64,000 bases of DNA, from NCBI RefSeq assembly GCF_006345805.1, contig NC_042998.1:193502001-193566000 (forward strand), written 5' to 3'. The translations under genes and the position numbers were made by a program. Origin of the DNA: Octopus sinensis (taxonomy: Eukaryota). The notes under the pieces are model-generated. The model worked only from the letters and a program-made list of their open reading frames with translations, did no database searches and was not told where the DNA came from. The stretch's first letter is position 1; each line of letters opens with the position of its first letter. Positions 50,538 to 63,420 of this stretch are shown piece by piece.

Positions 50538-51515
50538 CTCTTCTATTTTTTAAATATTACAGATCTTCCACTGAGGAGGGAGCCGGTTTCCAACAAAGAT
50601 ACAAGGCTCCATCTTTGGGATGTAGTTAACACAGACAAATTCACATTTAGAACTTGAGAAAAGTCTTGCATATTTTTACTGTTCCACTCACAGATTGCGC
50701 TTGTAATGTACGAATTAACCGGTCAATTTCTCTTTCTGAAAATCCCAGTTAATCCAGATTCTCCTTTAAGTACTTACTAACAAAACCCAGTGCTCCAATT
50801 ATGATTGGTATGAATATGAATTCATAGTCTGGATATAGAAGCTGGAAGTTTCGAAGCAGTTGTCTATAGATATCCTCTTATTCTTTAATTTTCAAAGATA
50901 TTTATATCTGCAGGGCAGCTGACCTCTATGTTGATATATACCTCTGCCCCTCTATCCCAAACAACAATACCTTGCCTATTATGTTTACATTTGACAGAAG
51001 TTTTGATGATGATATTCCACCAGTATTCCTTGAGTTGATGTTTATGAATGTATTCCTTAACAGAGGGATTTTCTAAGTTTATTTCAGAACAGTCTTTCTT
51101 GCGGATGGAATTGTAAATTGTTTTAGCAACAACATCGTGCCGCATAGGGGGGTAGTACCGTGATGACAATTTAGGACCGCTGCTAATCACATGCATGATG
51201 TCTTCCACAGAAACATGACAGCCTGCACATGCGGTTGCACCTTACGATTAAAAGAGCGTCACTGTCTCTCTTGTTCACCAGGTACTTTGTGGCAATCTGC
51301 TGTTCCTGGATTGCAAATACATAGCCCTCAAAGTGTAATGTGATGCAGTGGTCTTGTGTCCAAGAGAGGCTGCGCTTCGTGTCAATTCTACTGTCTTCTT
51401 CAAGCTTCCGGGCAACATACCTATGCATAGTCTTTTTTGTACTTTTGCATGCTGAGTACTTTCCATCCAGGTCTTCTCTGAGGTAGCTGCCAATTCATTC
51501 AAAAGTTTTCCAGTC
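50538..51515 (-). pseudogene. Dong/R4-clade LINE 3' part: CCHC knuckle, restriction-like endonuclease and 3' UTR, ending in (ACAT)n
   Basis: GYVFAIQEQ..TKYL; CRL...EDIMHVISS.PKL..RHDVVA; KHNR..IVVWDR..IEVSCPADINI; IPIIIGALGFV; SVSGTVKICKTFLKF* (stop 50647-50649). UTR hairpin GGAGCC/GGCTCC. Tail at 50390-50537. Confidence 0.9.
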
Positions 51516-51519
51516 TCTT

Positions 51520-52260
51520 ATTCGGGATCTCCTTTATGTAGATGACTGTGACTTAGTTACTCATACAGCGGATGATATGCAAATACTTGTGAATTATATT
51601 TCTACCTCTTGCAAGGCATTTGGACTCAGCATTAGCCTGGACAAGACTGTTGTAATGTTCCAGCTTGCACCAGGAAACCCATATGTTTGTCTGCTACACT
51701 CTATACATCTCCCTAGGTGTTGATGAAATATCTTTCAGGCTGCAATGAACAACTGATTTCTTTGAGTGAGTCTCGCGTCTGGTTCCAACATGTTGAACAA
51801 GGTGAACAAAAATTGCTATGTTCCGTGCATGTGTACTGACATCGCTCCTTTGCTCATGTAAGACATGGACCCTTTACAAACGTCATGTAAAGGTCCTTGA
51901 ACCCTTCCATCAGAGATGTCTAAGACGCATTCTGAATTTTGCATGGACCTTAAAAACTCCAGATACATAGGTGCAGAGGAAACCGAATGTCCTGAGTATT
52001 GATGCGATGGTGCACAAACACCGGTTATGTTGAACTGGACACCTTGGTAGAATGAATGATAGCAGGATCCCTAAACAGATGCTATATGGGGAACACGTTA
52101 GTGGAATGCTAAAGTGTAATGTGATGAAATGATGAATTTAAGCGTACTGCTCGAAAACGGAAACGCATTGCTAGTGTAACGAATGAGGAAAGCTTGGTCT
52201 GCAATGCTTGAAGTCGTGTATGTTTGTCAAGAGCAGGATTCGTTAGTCACCAACGGAGCC
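51520..52260 (+). pseudogene. RTE (BovB/Expander-like) reverse transcriptase fragment
   Basis: IRDLLYVDDCDLVTH..FGLSISLDKTVVM; KTWTLYKRHVKVLEPFHQRCLRRIL; GHLGRMNDSRIPKQMLYGE. Confidence 0.9.
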
Positions 52261-52359
52261 GCAAGTGTAAAGTATAATGTAGTCTTCAGCGCAAAGTCAG
52301 TAATGGTTTTCCTCGGTCACGAGTGAACGGCCATCATCACATTATGTATGTATGTATAT

Positions 52360-52765
52360 ATGAATTTTTTGCGTAGTGAGATAAAAAGCCAAGGCTATAT
52401 AGATATTAGAGCATTTATAGATAGAAGGTCCTACAGCTGTTTCTAGGATATCAATTAATAATATCTCTTCATTGGAGACGGTGTGAGAGGAAAAGTTAAG
52501 TCATAGTTAGTTTCGATGTGATACAAATAGGGAGTGAGGTGGAGGAAAGAAAATAGATGTAAGATATGTATGGGTATTGAATTCGTAAATCCGTTTTATA
52601 GGCATAATGGTATATATGTGTAATATTCCGATATCCTTTGAGTAATATCCAAAAGTTCAACAGAGTTTAATATGAGTCCATCCAGATTTAGAGATTATAA
52701 CTAATGTAAGATTCTCTTAAAGTTGGTCATTTTCAGTAGGGAATTTATATAGAGTGTAGCAGATT
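52360..52765 (-). mobile_element. Penelope-like 3' end (endonuclease C-terminal relic plus pLTR)
   Basis: NLESATLYI..LKMTNF resembles the PLE ES..I..N motif. Carries a hammerhead motif. Confidence 0.6.
52428..52479 (-). ncRNA. Hammerhead-like motif (C4 variant, G5 lost)
   Basis: GTCT-CCAATGA-AGA GATATT ATTAATT GATATC CTA-GAAAC AGCT GTA|GGAC. Palindromic stem III is ACAGCTGT. Confidence 0.5.
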
Positions 52766-52774
52766 CAAGGTTTG

Positions 52775-52808
<34 letters not shown>

Positions 52809-52946
52809 TGCATGTGTGTATGTATGTATGTATGTATGTATGTATGTATGTATGTATGTATGTATGTATGTATGTATGTATGTATGTATGTATGCATGTA
52901 TGTATGTATGTATGTATGTATGTATGCATGCATGTATGTATGTATG

Positions 52947-52980
<34 letters not shown>

Positions 52981-53120
52981 TGCATGTATGTATGTATGCA
53001 TGCATGTATGCATGCATGCATGTATGTATGTATGTATGTATGTATGTATGTATGTATGTATGTATGTATGTGTGTATGTATGTATGTATGCATGTATGCA
53101 TGTATGTATGTATGTATGTA
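52766..53120. repeat. (TATG)n array
   Basis: Direct periodicity. Confidence 0.97.
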
Positions 53121-54093
53121 ACTAAACAATAAACACTAATAACATGGACGCTTTAAATAACAACTAAGTAAAAATTCTCGTGAAAACAGCCGAAGGGTAC
53201 TGGAAAATCGTGATGAAAACGATATGTTATCAAGGGAAAGCCTAGATCTGAGGAACAAATTAAGAATTTAAAATAAACATTGAGAGAAAATAGAAATAGA
53301 AGAACAGAATAAACAGATATGTAGAAAGGACATTAGAAAGAACAGTAAGGACATCAAGAATACCAGAATCTAATAATGGAAAGCATTTATCGTTCTGATA
53401 CTAAAGTTCAAGTTCTTTTCGTCAGCATGGATGCTCCCGAGTATCACTATGAAAAAGAAAACTCTACATTCTGGTAATAAAATGCTTCAATTCATGTACT
53501 TTTAGCGCAAAAGCTTTTGCCATAGATAATTTAGTGCATTTCTAGTCCCTAGAAACCTCAAAATGTAAGAAGTTTCGTCCTGCTAACAACACATAGACGA
53601 AACTTCTCGCCATTGCTCCATAACTTATATTTTAAAAAATAATGTGCGCGGAGGAGAAAGACATATACACATACATACATGCGGGACTTCGACGCTGAGA
53701 AACATATCAAAGAAACCCGGATATTTAGAAGCATACACGCACAATAATGAATGCGTGAGGACACGTTTGGACAAAAATGTATAGAGAAGTGGGTAAATTT
53801 TGTTTGCTTACAACATAAACATTAAAATTTCTAGCTTATGTAATTTCAAGTATTATGAACGCAATTTGTATTGTACAGATCTTTTTCTCTCTCGCTTACT
53901 CTTTCTTCCTCCTTCTCCCCTCGCTCTCTATCTCTTTCTATTTCTCTTTCTCACTCGCTCTTTCGCCTATGTATACACACACAGATACATACATACATAT
54001 ATAGGGAGAGTTTGCGAAAAAAACAAAAGACGAAGACAGGTGGTGTATAAAACAAACATATGTATTAGTATAACGCTCAGGAATAGAAAAAGT

Positions 54094-54129
54094 CTTTTAT
54101 GTTTCGAGCCTACGCTCTTCTACAGAAAG
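54094..54129 (-). ncRNA. Degenerate hammerhead-like motif in a PLE-like terminus (~54000-54210)
   Basis: CTTT-CTGTAGA-A GAGC GTAG GCTC-GAAAC ATA|AAAG. A6 is replaced by U, and GUA has decayed to AUA. Confidence 0.4.
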
Positions 54130-54204
54130 GGACACAGAAAAAAAAAACAAGGAGAGAAACAAGGAGAAAAAAATGTGTAGTGGCTAACGATCTATCATGG
54201 CGAC

Positions 54205-54262
<58 letters not shown>

Positions 54263-54494
54263 AATATATATAATATATATATATAATATATATAATATAT
54301 ATACGTACATACATATAACACATTTATATATAGATAGATGCGTACATGCATACATAGGTACATGCATAACTTGCCTACATATGAATATAAACACACAAAC
54401 GCACATGTATACGAACATACAGATGAACTTGCATACATACAGAAAAACATACATACATTCCTATACACGCTTAGATATACAAATATATAGTCAT

Positions 54495-55018
54495 GTAATC
54501 ATGGCAGACCACAGACAATGATCAGGGACAGAGAAAAGAAATTACGCACAGTTGTGAAAATCTGTTGTCGAGCAGACATTAACACATTGTTAAAGATAAA
54601 AGAAAAACGAAAACATCTATGCCGAACTAATGAAAAATTTATAGATAATTTATCTGGACTACCTGTAATTATTGAAAAACTTGGTCATATAGTTAACTGC
54701 CTCAGCATCAATCTTGAGAAGATGGATTCCACAAAAACAGAAAAGTGATGGTTGATTAGGAAGCTGCAAATGCGAAATCTGTAAACAACTGGGATAATAG
54801 GGAGAACATACCAGAATTCATGTGGGCAACTATAGGCATATATTAAACAAAACATACAAATCTGCGCATGCACTGAATCCAAATATAGCACACATATGCA
54901 CAAATATGCGCACATACCCTTTTGAGGTTGTTGAAATTTCAATGAAGGACCCTTGGATCTAGATTAGAAACAGACTCCTTTTCTGTTGGCGAGAAATCTA
55001 GAAATAAAACTGAATAAC
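54495..55018 (+). pseudogene. Dong/R4 LINE 3' part with RLE relic, 3' UTR lacking a long internal array, and terminal module
   Basis: CNHGRPQTMIRDREKKLRTVVKICCRADINTLLKIKEK..LPVIIEKLGHIVNCLSINLEK..LIRKLQ parallels the 50.6-51.0 kb copy. UTR GCAACTATA..AAAACATACAAA.CTGC is shared with 60840-60890. Confidence 0.82.
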
Positions 55019-55029
55019 TAAGTACGTAC

Positions 55030-55495
55030 GTACGTACATACCTACCTATCTACATACATACATGCATGCATACATATATACATACATATATACATACATA
55101 CATGCATGCATGCATGCATGCATACATACATACATACATACATACATACATACATACATACATACATACATACATACATACACACATACATACATACATA
55201 CATACATACATACATACACACATACATACATACATACACACATACATACATACATACATACATACATACATACATGCATGCATACATACATACATACATA
55301 CACACATACATACATGCATACATACATACATGCATCCATGCATACATACATGCGTGCATGCATGCATACATACATACATATATATACATACATACATACA
55401 CAAATGCATACATACATGCATGCATACATACATACATACATACATACATACATACATACATACATACATACATACATACATGCATACATACATAC
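55030..55495. repeat. (ATAC)n array between two Dong terminal modules
   Basis: Direct periodicity. Confidence 0.96.
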
Positions 55496-55605
55496 GGGAG
55501 TACCGAACTGATTTTAGCTAAATTCCAATGAATGTGTCTTGCTTCCGAGTTGAAAATCTACACGCTTTATTCAGTGAGAAAATTTGAAAATTAAACAAGA
55601 ATATA
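55496..55605 (+). mobile_element. Diverged Dong/R4 terminal module
   Basis: AAATTCCAATGAA..G.CTTG....GAGTT.GAAA....GAGAAAATTTGAAAATTAAAC, with the same spacing from the array as the 14589 and 61396 copies. Confidence 0.55.
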
Positions 55606-55661
55606 CGTTCATGTTTGTACGTATATATGGCTGTATATATACATATACATGTGTGTGTGTA

Positions 55662-55717
<56 letters not shown>

Positions 55718-56416
55718 ATGTGATGAACAGTTGTATGAAGCTACTTATGTCTTCCCGGAACTCAAGCGCAAATAACAGTAAAATGGAAAAATTTTCTGAT
55801 AATACAAAAGCGAACGAAGTACAATGATGATATGGCAGCTGGTTAAAGCTTAAAACTTATAAGATACCAAAATATCCTGAAGGCGGAAATGTAGTGAACC
55901 AATCACTCGTGATTTTAATCCAAAACGGCAGTGATAATGGATATAAATATATGAATAAGACATCATATCATATTTGTCACAATTTTTCGGTTGAAGAATT
56001 TTGCAGACGTCTTACACTGTGGCTAGATCAGCATCAGATTCTCAATAATCGGAAACGATGTTCCGAGATGATTTCTCTGTTATAGAACCAGTCAAAAGAC
56101 ATTAGAATCCTTCAATGTTGATTCCTTTATAATAAAAGGTTAACTTCGATATTTTTCTTTTCGTTTTATCCTCTCTTTACCTTTTTACCATTTTGGTATT
56201 TTAAAGCAGTTTTAAAGGCAAGAAAACGCGTCACACATATATTTAAAAATACATGTTGTAGCAATATTTTGGTAAATATTTAAAAATTTAATATTTGTCT
56301 ATAATGAACTATGTACAATTTTCTGATTTTGTTCCATCAAACTTCTTTAACATCATCTTCTTTAACATCATCACATTGGGCAGTTTAGAGTATTCGCTAT
56401 GTAGTAAAAGAATAAA

Positions 56417-56744
56417 GACCCCCCCCCCCTTTGGTCATGACTGACCATGGGATTGCACCTAGAAGGTCCCCTCCGAGGCAAAAGCCCAGGCAAGGTTGTT
56501 TATAGAAGACCAGCAGTCATGCATACCAGCCTCCCCTCTTAATACCACTGATGTTATCCAAGGCAAAGGCCGATACAGCTTGGCACCAGTGACGTCTCAA
56601 CTTATTTCTACAGATGAGTTAACTGGAGCAACGTGAAGTAAAGTGTCTTTTCTCAAGGCCACAACACACAGTCCGCTCTGGTAATTGAACTGACTATCTC
56701 ATGATTGTAGCCCGACGCTCTAACCACTGAGCCATGTGCCTTCA
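56417..56744 (-). mobile_element. SINE-D: tRNA-derived SINE with a CCTTGAG(C)AAG-type central domain
   Basis: Minus-strand head GGCACATGGCTCAGTGGTTAGAGCG..AGTTCAATTACC, then TGTTGTGGCCTTGAGAAAAGACACTTTACTTCACGTTGCTCCAG. Confidence 0.85.
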
Positions 56745-56966
56745 CCACTACTACGGAGTAATTAATTATTTTATGAATTTCAACTGAATATTAAATATTC
56801 TCTAGAATCCCTATAATACTTTATACCTTCGTTTCTAATTGCCAAACCGAGTTCCATCTAGGTTATTGAATAAGAGTTTGAATATTTTAGATGTATTAAA
56901 AGTGGTGAGATAGAAGAATTGGTGGACAAATGGAGGAAATGCAAAATGGTGTTTCATTATGTATAG

Positions 56967-57436
56967 AGGCGTAGGAGTGGCAGTGTGATAAGTAGCTTGC
57001 TTACGAACTACATGGTTCCGGGTTCGGTCCCACTACGTGGCACCTTGGGCAAGTGTCTTTTACTATAGTCTCAGGCCGACCAAAGCCTTGTAAGTGGATT
57101 TGGTAGACAGAAACTGAAAGAAGCTCGTCGTATATATACATATATATGTGCGTGTGTGTGTGTGTGTATGTGTGTGTGTATGTGTGTGTGTGTGTGAGTG
57201 TGTACGTGTGTGTATGTTTGTGTGTCTGTGTTTGTACCCCCAACATCGCTTGACAACCGATGCTGGTGTGTTTACGTCCCTGTAACTTAGTGGTTCGGCA
57301 AAAGAGACCGATAGAATAAGTACTTAGGCTTACAAAGAATAAGCCCTAGGGTCGATTGGCTCGACTAAAGGCGGTGCTCCAGCATGGCCACAGTCAAATG
57401 GCTGAACCAAGTGAAAGAGTTAAAAGAGTAAAAGAG
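56967..57436 (+). mobile_element. SINE-A, full length
   Basis: Aligns end to end, with an expanded internal (TG)n. Confidence 0.93.
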
Positions 57437-57753
57437 TTTATTTTCAGCGGAAGCATCTCTGAGCTCGACATTGCTTTTCATTCTTTCGGAGACGATAAAA
57501 TCAAATACTAGCCAAGAACTATCTCTCCCCAAAATTTTCAGCTATTGCACCTTGGCTACGCTGAAACATGTTTCATTAATTCAATTAAACAGTCGTCAAC
57601 CGCATCTGAATATCTACTACAAACTCAACACTATAAAATCTTTTAATATGCATTCTATAAATATAACCAGTCAGTCTGTACAGTGCTTTCTGTTGATTAT
57701 CTTCCTTCCCAGTATACACTGATTGCGCAACCATATATTTTAAACGTGACCAT

Positions 57754-58025
57754 ATATATGTTAGTTAGTTAGTTAGTTAATTTGGCTCAAAAGCAAATAG
57801 CAAGGCCATGTAGGGGGACATGGAGTTAAGTACAGGGTGGTGTTCATGTAAAGAGTTCAGGCCACTTGAGGTCAAGGGAGACTTTGAACAAAGCGGTCGT
57901 CGGCATCTTCACCATCTCGTCTGGCAGCTTGTTCCACGGATCCGCAACCCGGACGGAGAAAGCTCCTCTCCTTCGATTGAGATGAAATCGTCGCAGGTAG
58001 AGCTTTTCGGAATGACCCATATATA
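57754..58025 (-). mobile_element. CR1 LINE 3' end with (CTAA)n tail and 13-bp TSD
   Basis: GHSEKLYLRRFHLNRRRGAFSVRVADPWNKLPDEMV..FKVSLD. TSD TAAACGTGACCAT at 57741-57753 and 58026-58038. Confidence 0.9.
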
Positions 58026-58254
58026 TAAACGTGACCATTCCATCCCGCATTATCCTAGGTGTCCTTTTCTAAGAATATAGCATGTTGTTTGAGAAATATT
58101 TGGCTACTGCTTTATGTAAATCGGGGAACCTCGTGAAAATTCCTTCATTGAGTCTTGTGGGGACATTTATGACCACCAGTATGAGAATATGAACAATGGT
58201 AACTAAACAATACATGCTTCACTTTCATACATTCAACTATACACATACACACAC

Positions 58255-58629
58255 AAGTACATACATGCATGCATAACTACATGCATGCATACATAAACAC
58301 ATACATAATACATACATACATGAATGCATACATACATATGTACGCACGTTCGTACATATATACGTACGTATGTATGTATATATGTATGTATGGACGTAAG
58401 TACATACATACGTCCATACATACGTCCATACATACGTCCATACATGCATGCATACATACACACATACATAATACATACATACATACATATATACATACAT
58501 ACATACATGCGTCCATACATATATACATACATACATACATACATACATACATACGTCCATACATACATACATACATACATACATACATACATACATACAT
58601 ACATACATACATACATACATACATACATA
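58255..58629. repeat. Degenerate (ATAC)n array
   Basis: Direct periodicity with GTCC/GTAC variants. Confidence 0.95.
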
Positions 58630-60749
58630 ACATCTAATGTGTTGGTAGTGAGAGCTATTAATGATGTGAAGAGCTGATCATAGCCAACAATCCGAAGATC
58701 AGATGTCCCCATCCTCTTTAAACTTTATATTATTCCACGATCTGCAAAATAGAGCCGCCAAAGTTCCTGCAAATCATTATCTATCGCATTGAAAAGCAAG
58801 AACGTATTAGACCATATATTTGCAGATATTCAAAAGGACAAGATACTCAAAGCCGAAATGATTAGTTTCCTCCATGAAAGCTGGGTCTAAAACGCAACAA
58901 CATCAAGAGCAACCAGTTCAGTAAGTGTTTTTGATATCTATGCAACGTTTGCATTCTTCAGATAATAGATTTATTAGAACATAAAAACATCAATTACAGT
59001 TGTTCCGTTCTTTTATTCCATGTGCATGCTAAAATTATAAAAATGCAACGAGCTTATACACACAGACCTCGCACACATATGTACCCTGGTATTCTTTTCC
59101 TGACTTTTCAACATTAAAATTGATAAAGATCAAAAGTGAAATGGTACCTAAAATAAACTCTATGTTTGTATTTTTAATTATTCAAGTTTCTATTCACTAG
59201 TATGAATCTGCATTATTTCTTTATTCTGTTTGTTTCGTAATAGTTTCTATCCCTTATGGATGGTAGAGTGACACATTCTACAAAGAATATAGTAGAAGTT
59301 TTTGGTGGGGTGAGGGCGGTTTACAGCCTTTACCTGGCTCTTTACTTTTTCGGGGTTTCTTGGACTGATGAAAGATAGAAAGTCATCGTCATACCAGAGA
59401 CGTGGCCAGATCCCTGCAACTCTACAAAAGGTACCCGATTATCAAGCAGTTCTGTTAAACCGATTAGCGTAATAAACCTACCACCCAAGAATTCAGAACA
59501 CAAAGAACCGGAGCAAACACCGCACAGAACATTTCGTCCGTTGCTCTAACAGTTCCGCCTAAATCTACTGCTTTTTTAAGTTCCTAAATCGTTGCCCACG
59601 GTGAGATTTGGATTCAGATCGCAATCAACCCGTACAAATACCGCAAAGCTTTTTGTCCCACAACGACGTTACACTCAGCTAATTCGCAATTAACTTGGAA
59701 AGTGACTCAATTAACTCAGAAGCATGCACTTAGTGAGCAATCCTTCCCTAAAGCTGTTTAAAATTTAAAACGATAAACAAGGAAAATAACTCAACTGAAA
59801 TTTTTGGAAAATACAGCGATGCAGGTGAATCTTGTCTTTAAAGTCAATTAAAGCATGGAAAGCAATGGATATACTCCTTCCTGGAACCACTCAGCGAGAG
59901 GTGTTCTATTATTAGCAATACTAAGACTGATCAATATCTAGAGAAAGATGGGAAATAGAGTCAGGCAAATAGCAGCGCATCAGCCTTGATGCGCTTTGGC
60001 ATTCAATACAGTTGGGAGTTTTGATCCTCTTATGTCCACTTTCCTTGCCATCTCTTTGGAGTAGATAAAATAGTATCAGTCTTATACTGGGGTAGATTTA
60101 ATTGGCAAATACATTATCCTCCTACGAATACGTGATCTCATGACAATGGGGAAAAATCAATATTTTCTATGTCCAACGCATTTTTCGTCAATATTGAGTT
60201 GACTTGAGGCTCGGTAGCAGACACTCGAATTAGCAGTATATATCGGAAATATTTTCAAGTTGCACAGCTATTTATACACCGAATCAGTTCTACAAAAGAC
60301 ACATAATCACGTACATTGTGTAATTACACACACACACACACTACTAATTTGATAATCACAAAGTATGTTATGGGATAATTAAATACTTGAAAGTCAATGA
60401 AAAGTTACTGACGCTCATTAAAAGTTTGATATGGTTTTCAGATATTTAGATTTTTGTGCATGTTTTCAATACATCCAGGCATTAACAAATCTTTCAGTTG
60501 GGTGAAAAGCAAATCACAAAATAATATATTTAGAGAACGCAATATCACCAGACACCTTCAAACATGATACCCGGAATTGTAAAAAAAAATTTTAAGTATA
60601 TCTTTAAAATATGGCTAAATATATATTTACTAGCATACCCGTGACGTCAAAAATGCTGACAATTATATTAATGATTGAAAATGATATTATCAAAACAATG
60701 AGAAAAAGTATTGATAAATGTCAGTAATCGAGTAAGTACATGTACATAC

Positions 60750-61507
60750 ACAGAATTGTATGTACATCACTGGAACTGTAAAAATGTGTAAAACTTTCCA
60801 GAAGTTTATCATTTGCATATATACGAGTATGTCTAGATATGCAACTATATTTATGAGAATACTTACATAAAGCAAAACATACAAACCTGCAAAAATATAT
60901 GCATGCATGAAAATACATACCTAAAACATACCTACATACATACATACATACATACATACATACGTACGTACATACATACATACATACATACATACATACA
61001 TACGTACATACATACATACATACATACATACATACATACATACATACATACATACATACATACAAGCATACATACATACATAGTACATACATACATACAT
61101 ACATACATACATACATACATACATACATACGTACATACATACATACATACATACGTACATACATACATACATACATACATACATACATACATACATACAT
61201 AGTACATATATACATACATACATACATACATACATACATGCATACATACATACATAGTACATACATCCATCCATCCATACATACATCCATCCATCCATCC
61301 ATACATACATACATACATACATACATACATACATACATACATACATACATACATAAAACATACGTACATACATCTGCACATACGTACATACATACAAACC
61401 AAAATAACTTGTTGGTGTTAAAATTCCAATAAAGGAGCATTGGATCTAGGTTAGAAAGCGGTTCTTTCTCTACTAGAAAGAAATGTTGAAATAAACTGAC
61501 TAATGAA
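60750..61507 (+). mobile_element. Dong/R4 LINE 3' end: last codons, UTR, internal ~480-bp (ATAC)n and terminal module
   Basis: ITGTVKMCKTFQKF at ~60766-60807. UTR shared with 54820-54880. Array at 60915-61395, module at 61396-61507, then ATACATAC. Confidence 0.85.
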
Positions 61508-61607
61508 ATACATACATGTGTGTGAGTGTGTTTATGCCTATACACTCATACATACACATAGATATTTATATACACCTATGCATGTGCATATATATGTGTG
61601 TGTATGT

Positions 61608-61658
<51 letters not shown>

Positions 61659-61783
61659 CATATTTCTGAGATGGATGAAATCTGTAAAATATATTATTCA
61701 TTAGTTGGAACTGGGAATATATTTTGAAAATAAAAGAGGTTCAATATTTAATTTCATATATACATGTGTGTGTGTGTGTGTGT

Positions 61784-61858
<75 letters not shown>

Positions 61859-62819
61859 CTGCGTGCGTGTGTGAGACTAATAAACTAATGCAATATACAT
61901 TAAAAATTAGCAGTTTTATTTGTAATAAAATACCAACCACCAAAATCCCTTGATTACAATTCGCCTGCATTTAGTGTCTCTGACCGTCACTCATTCCGAC
62001 TCCGTTTGTTTCAGACTTCTCCTACCGGCGTGACCTGACCTGATGATATACACATCTTGTTTTATTATATGTAAGATTCATTTGTTATATAAGCTTTTTG
62101 ATGTATAAGCGGGATAGCACAGGAACTTAATAAGATCCAAAACGTAAAGATTGAGATCCTTCTGTTAGACTTGTACATTTTCTCCTTGAAATGCAATTCT
62201 GAAACAAACCAATGACTGAGTCGCTCTTGACAAGCTAGAAATAGAAACCAATCTCCCTCAGACCCGTTTTTTTGCCTTTAAAAAATTACTTTTGATTATA
62301 TGGTTCTAGATACACAGTATCTTTAAATAAATTGTCACTGTCACGGCTTGAATGCATTTGATCAACGCTCAACTTGATCAAGCAGACCGGTGATCAAAAT
62401 GATCGTTATTATTATCCTGATTAGGATAATGAGGGTCATCATCAAAATTAAAATTAGCATTATACTCATTAATAATAAACTACTTATATTTCATGGTGTT
62501 GCAAGCAAGGATGTTTCAGCTTCCCACCTACCATACAGAAAATATTGTAAGCTCCAGAAAAGTCAGCTTCATGACTTGTCAATTTGAAGTGAAATCATTT
62601 TCACTTCTTTTCCGCTACTTGTCTGTCTTCTAGTCTCATCATAAACAACAGAGAAACTGAATCATCGTTGACACAGATAAATGAACAGGAAGTTTTCATG
62701 GGACAGCGAAAGAATCTCAAAATTGCTTCTGAACTTGCAAGAAATAGTAGACAAATCTCCTGTAAATGACATCTTACCCTCTTCTCAACAAGAAGTGGGA
62801 CACAAGGAATAATATAATA

Positions 62820-63420
62820 ATGGTTTCAAATTTTGGCACGAGCCCAGCAGTTTTTTATGGGGTAGTCGATTACATCGACTCCAGTACACAACTACTTAGT
62901 TTAACGAGCCTAAAAAAATGAAAGGCAAAATCAACCCCAGAGCAATGTGAATTCAAAGTATAAAGAAACGGAAGAGATGTTGCTAAGCATTTTGTCCGAC
63001 GTGCTAATGATTCTGACTGCTCACCGCTTTAACACAATGGATATTATAACTACCCTTTCTACTATAGAAACAAGGCCTGAAATTTTTTAAGGGGGCTAGT
63101 CAATTATATCGATCCCTGTACTCAAATGGTATTTATTTCATTGACTCCAAAAGGTTGGGAGGCAAAGTCGACCACGGTGGCTTATGATAATGTAATAATC
63201 CTTTCTCCTAAAGGCACAAGACCTGAAATTTTGGTTGAGGGGCCTACTTGTCGATTACATCGACCCCAGTACTCAACTAGAACTTACTTTATCGACGCTG
63301 AAAGGATAAAAGGCAAAGTGGAGCTCTGTGAGATTTGAACTCAGAATGCAAAGACAGACGAAATACCGCTAAGCTAACGTTTCTGCCCGGTGTGCTAACG
63401 ATTCTTCCATCTCGCCGCTT
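62820..63420 (-). mobile_element. Cluster of three degenerate SINE-B-variant copies
   Basis: GTCGATTACATCGAC..CAGTAC..AAAGGCAAAGTCGA is repeated at ~62865, ~63100 and ~63250. Confidence 0.75.

Noticed and set aside
59974-59997. Terminator-like hairpin AGCGCATCA-GCCT-TGATGCGCT-TT
   Set aside because: Eukaryotic context, only a short T run and a single occurrence. Likely chance.
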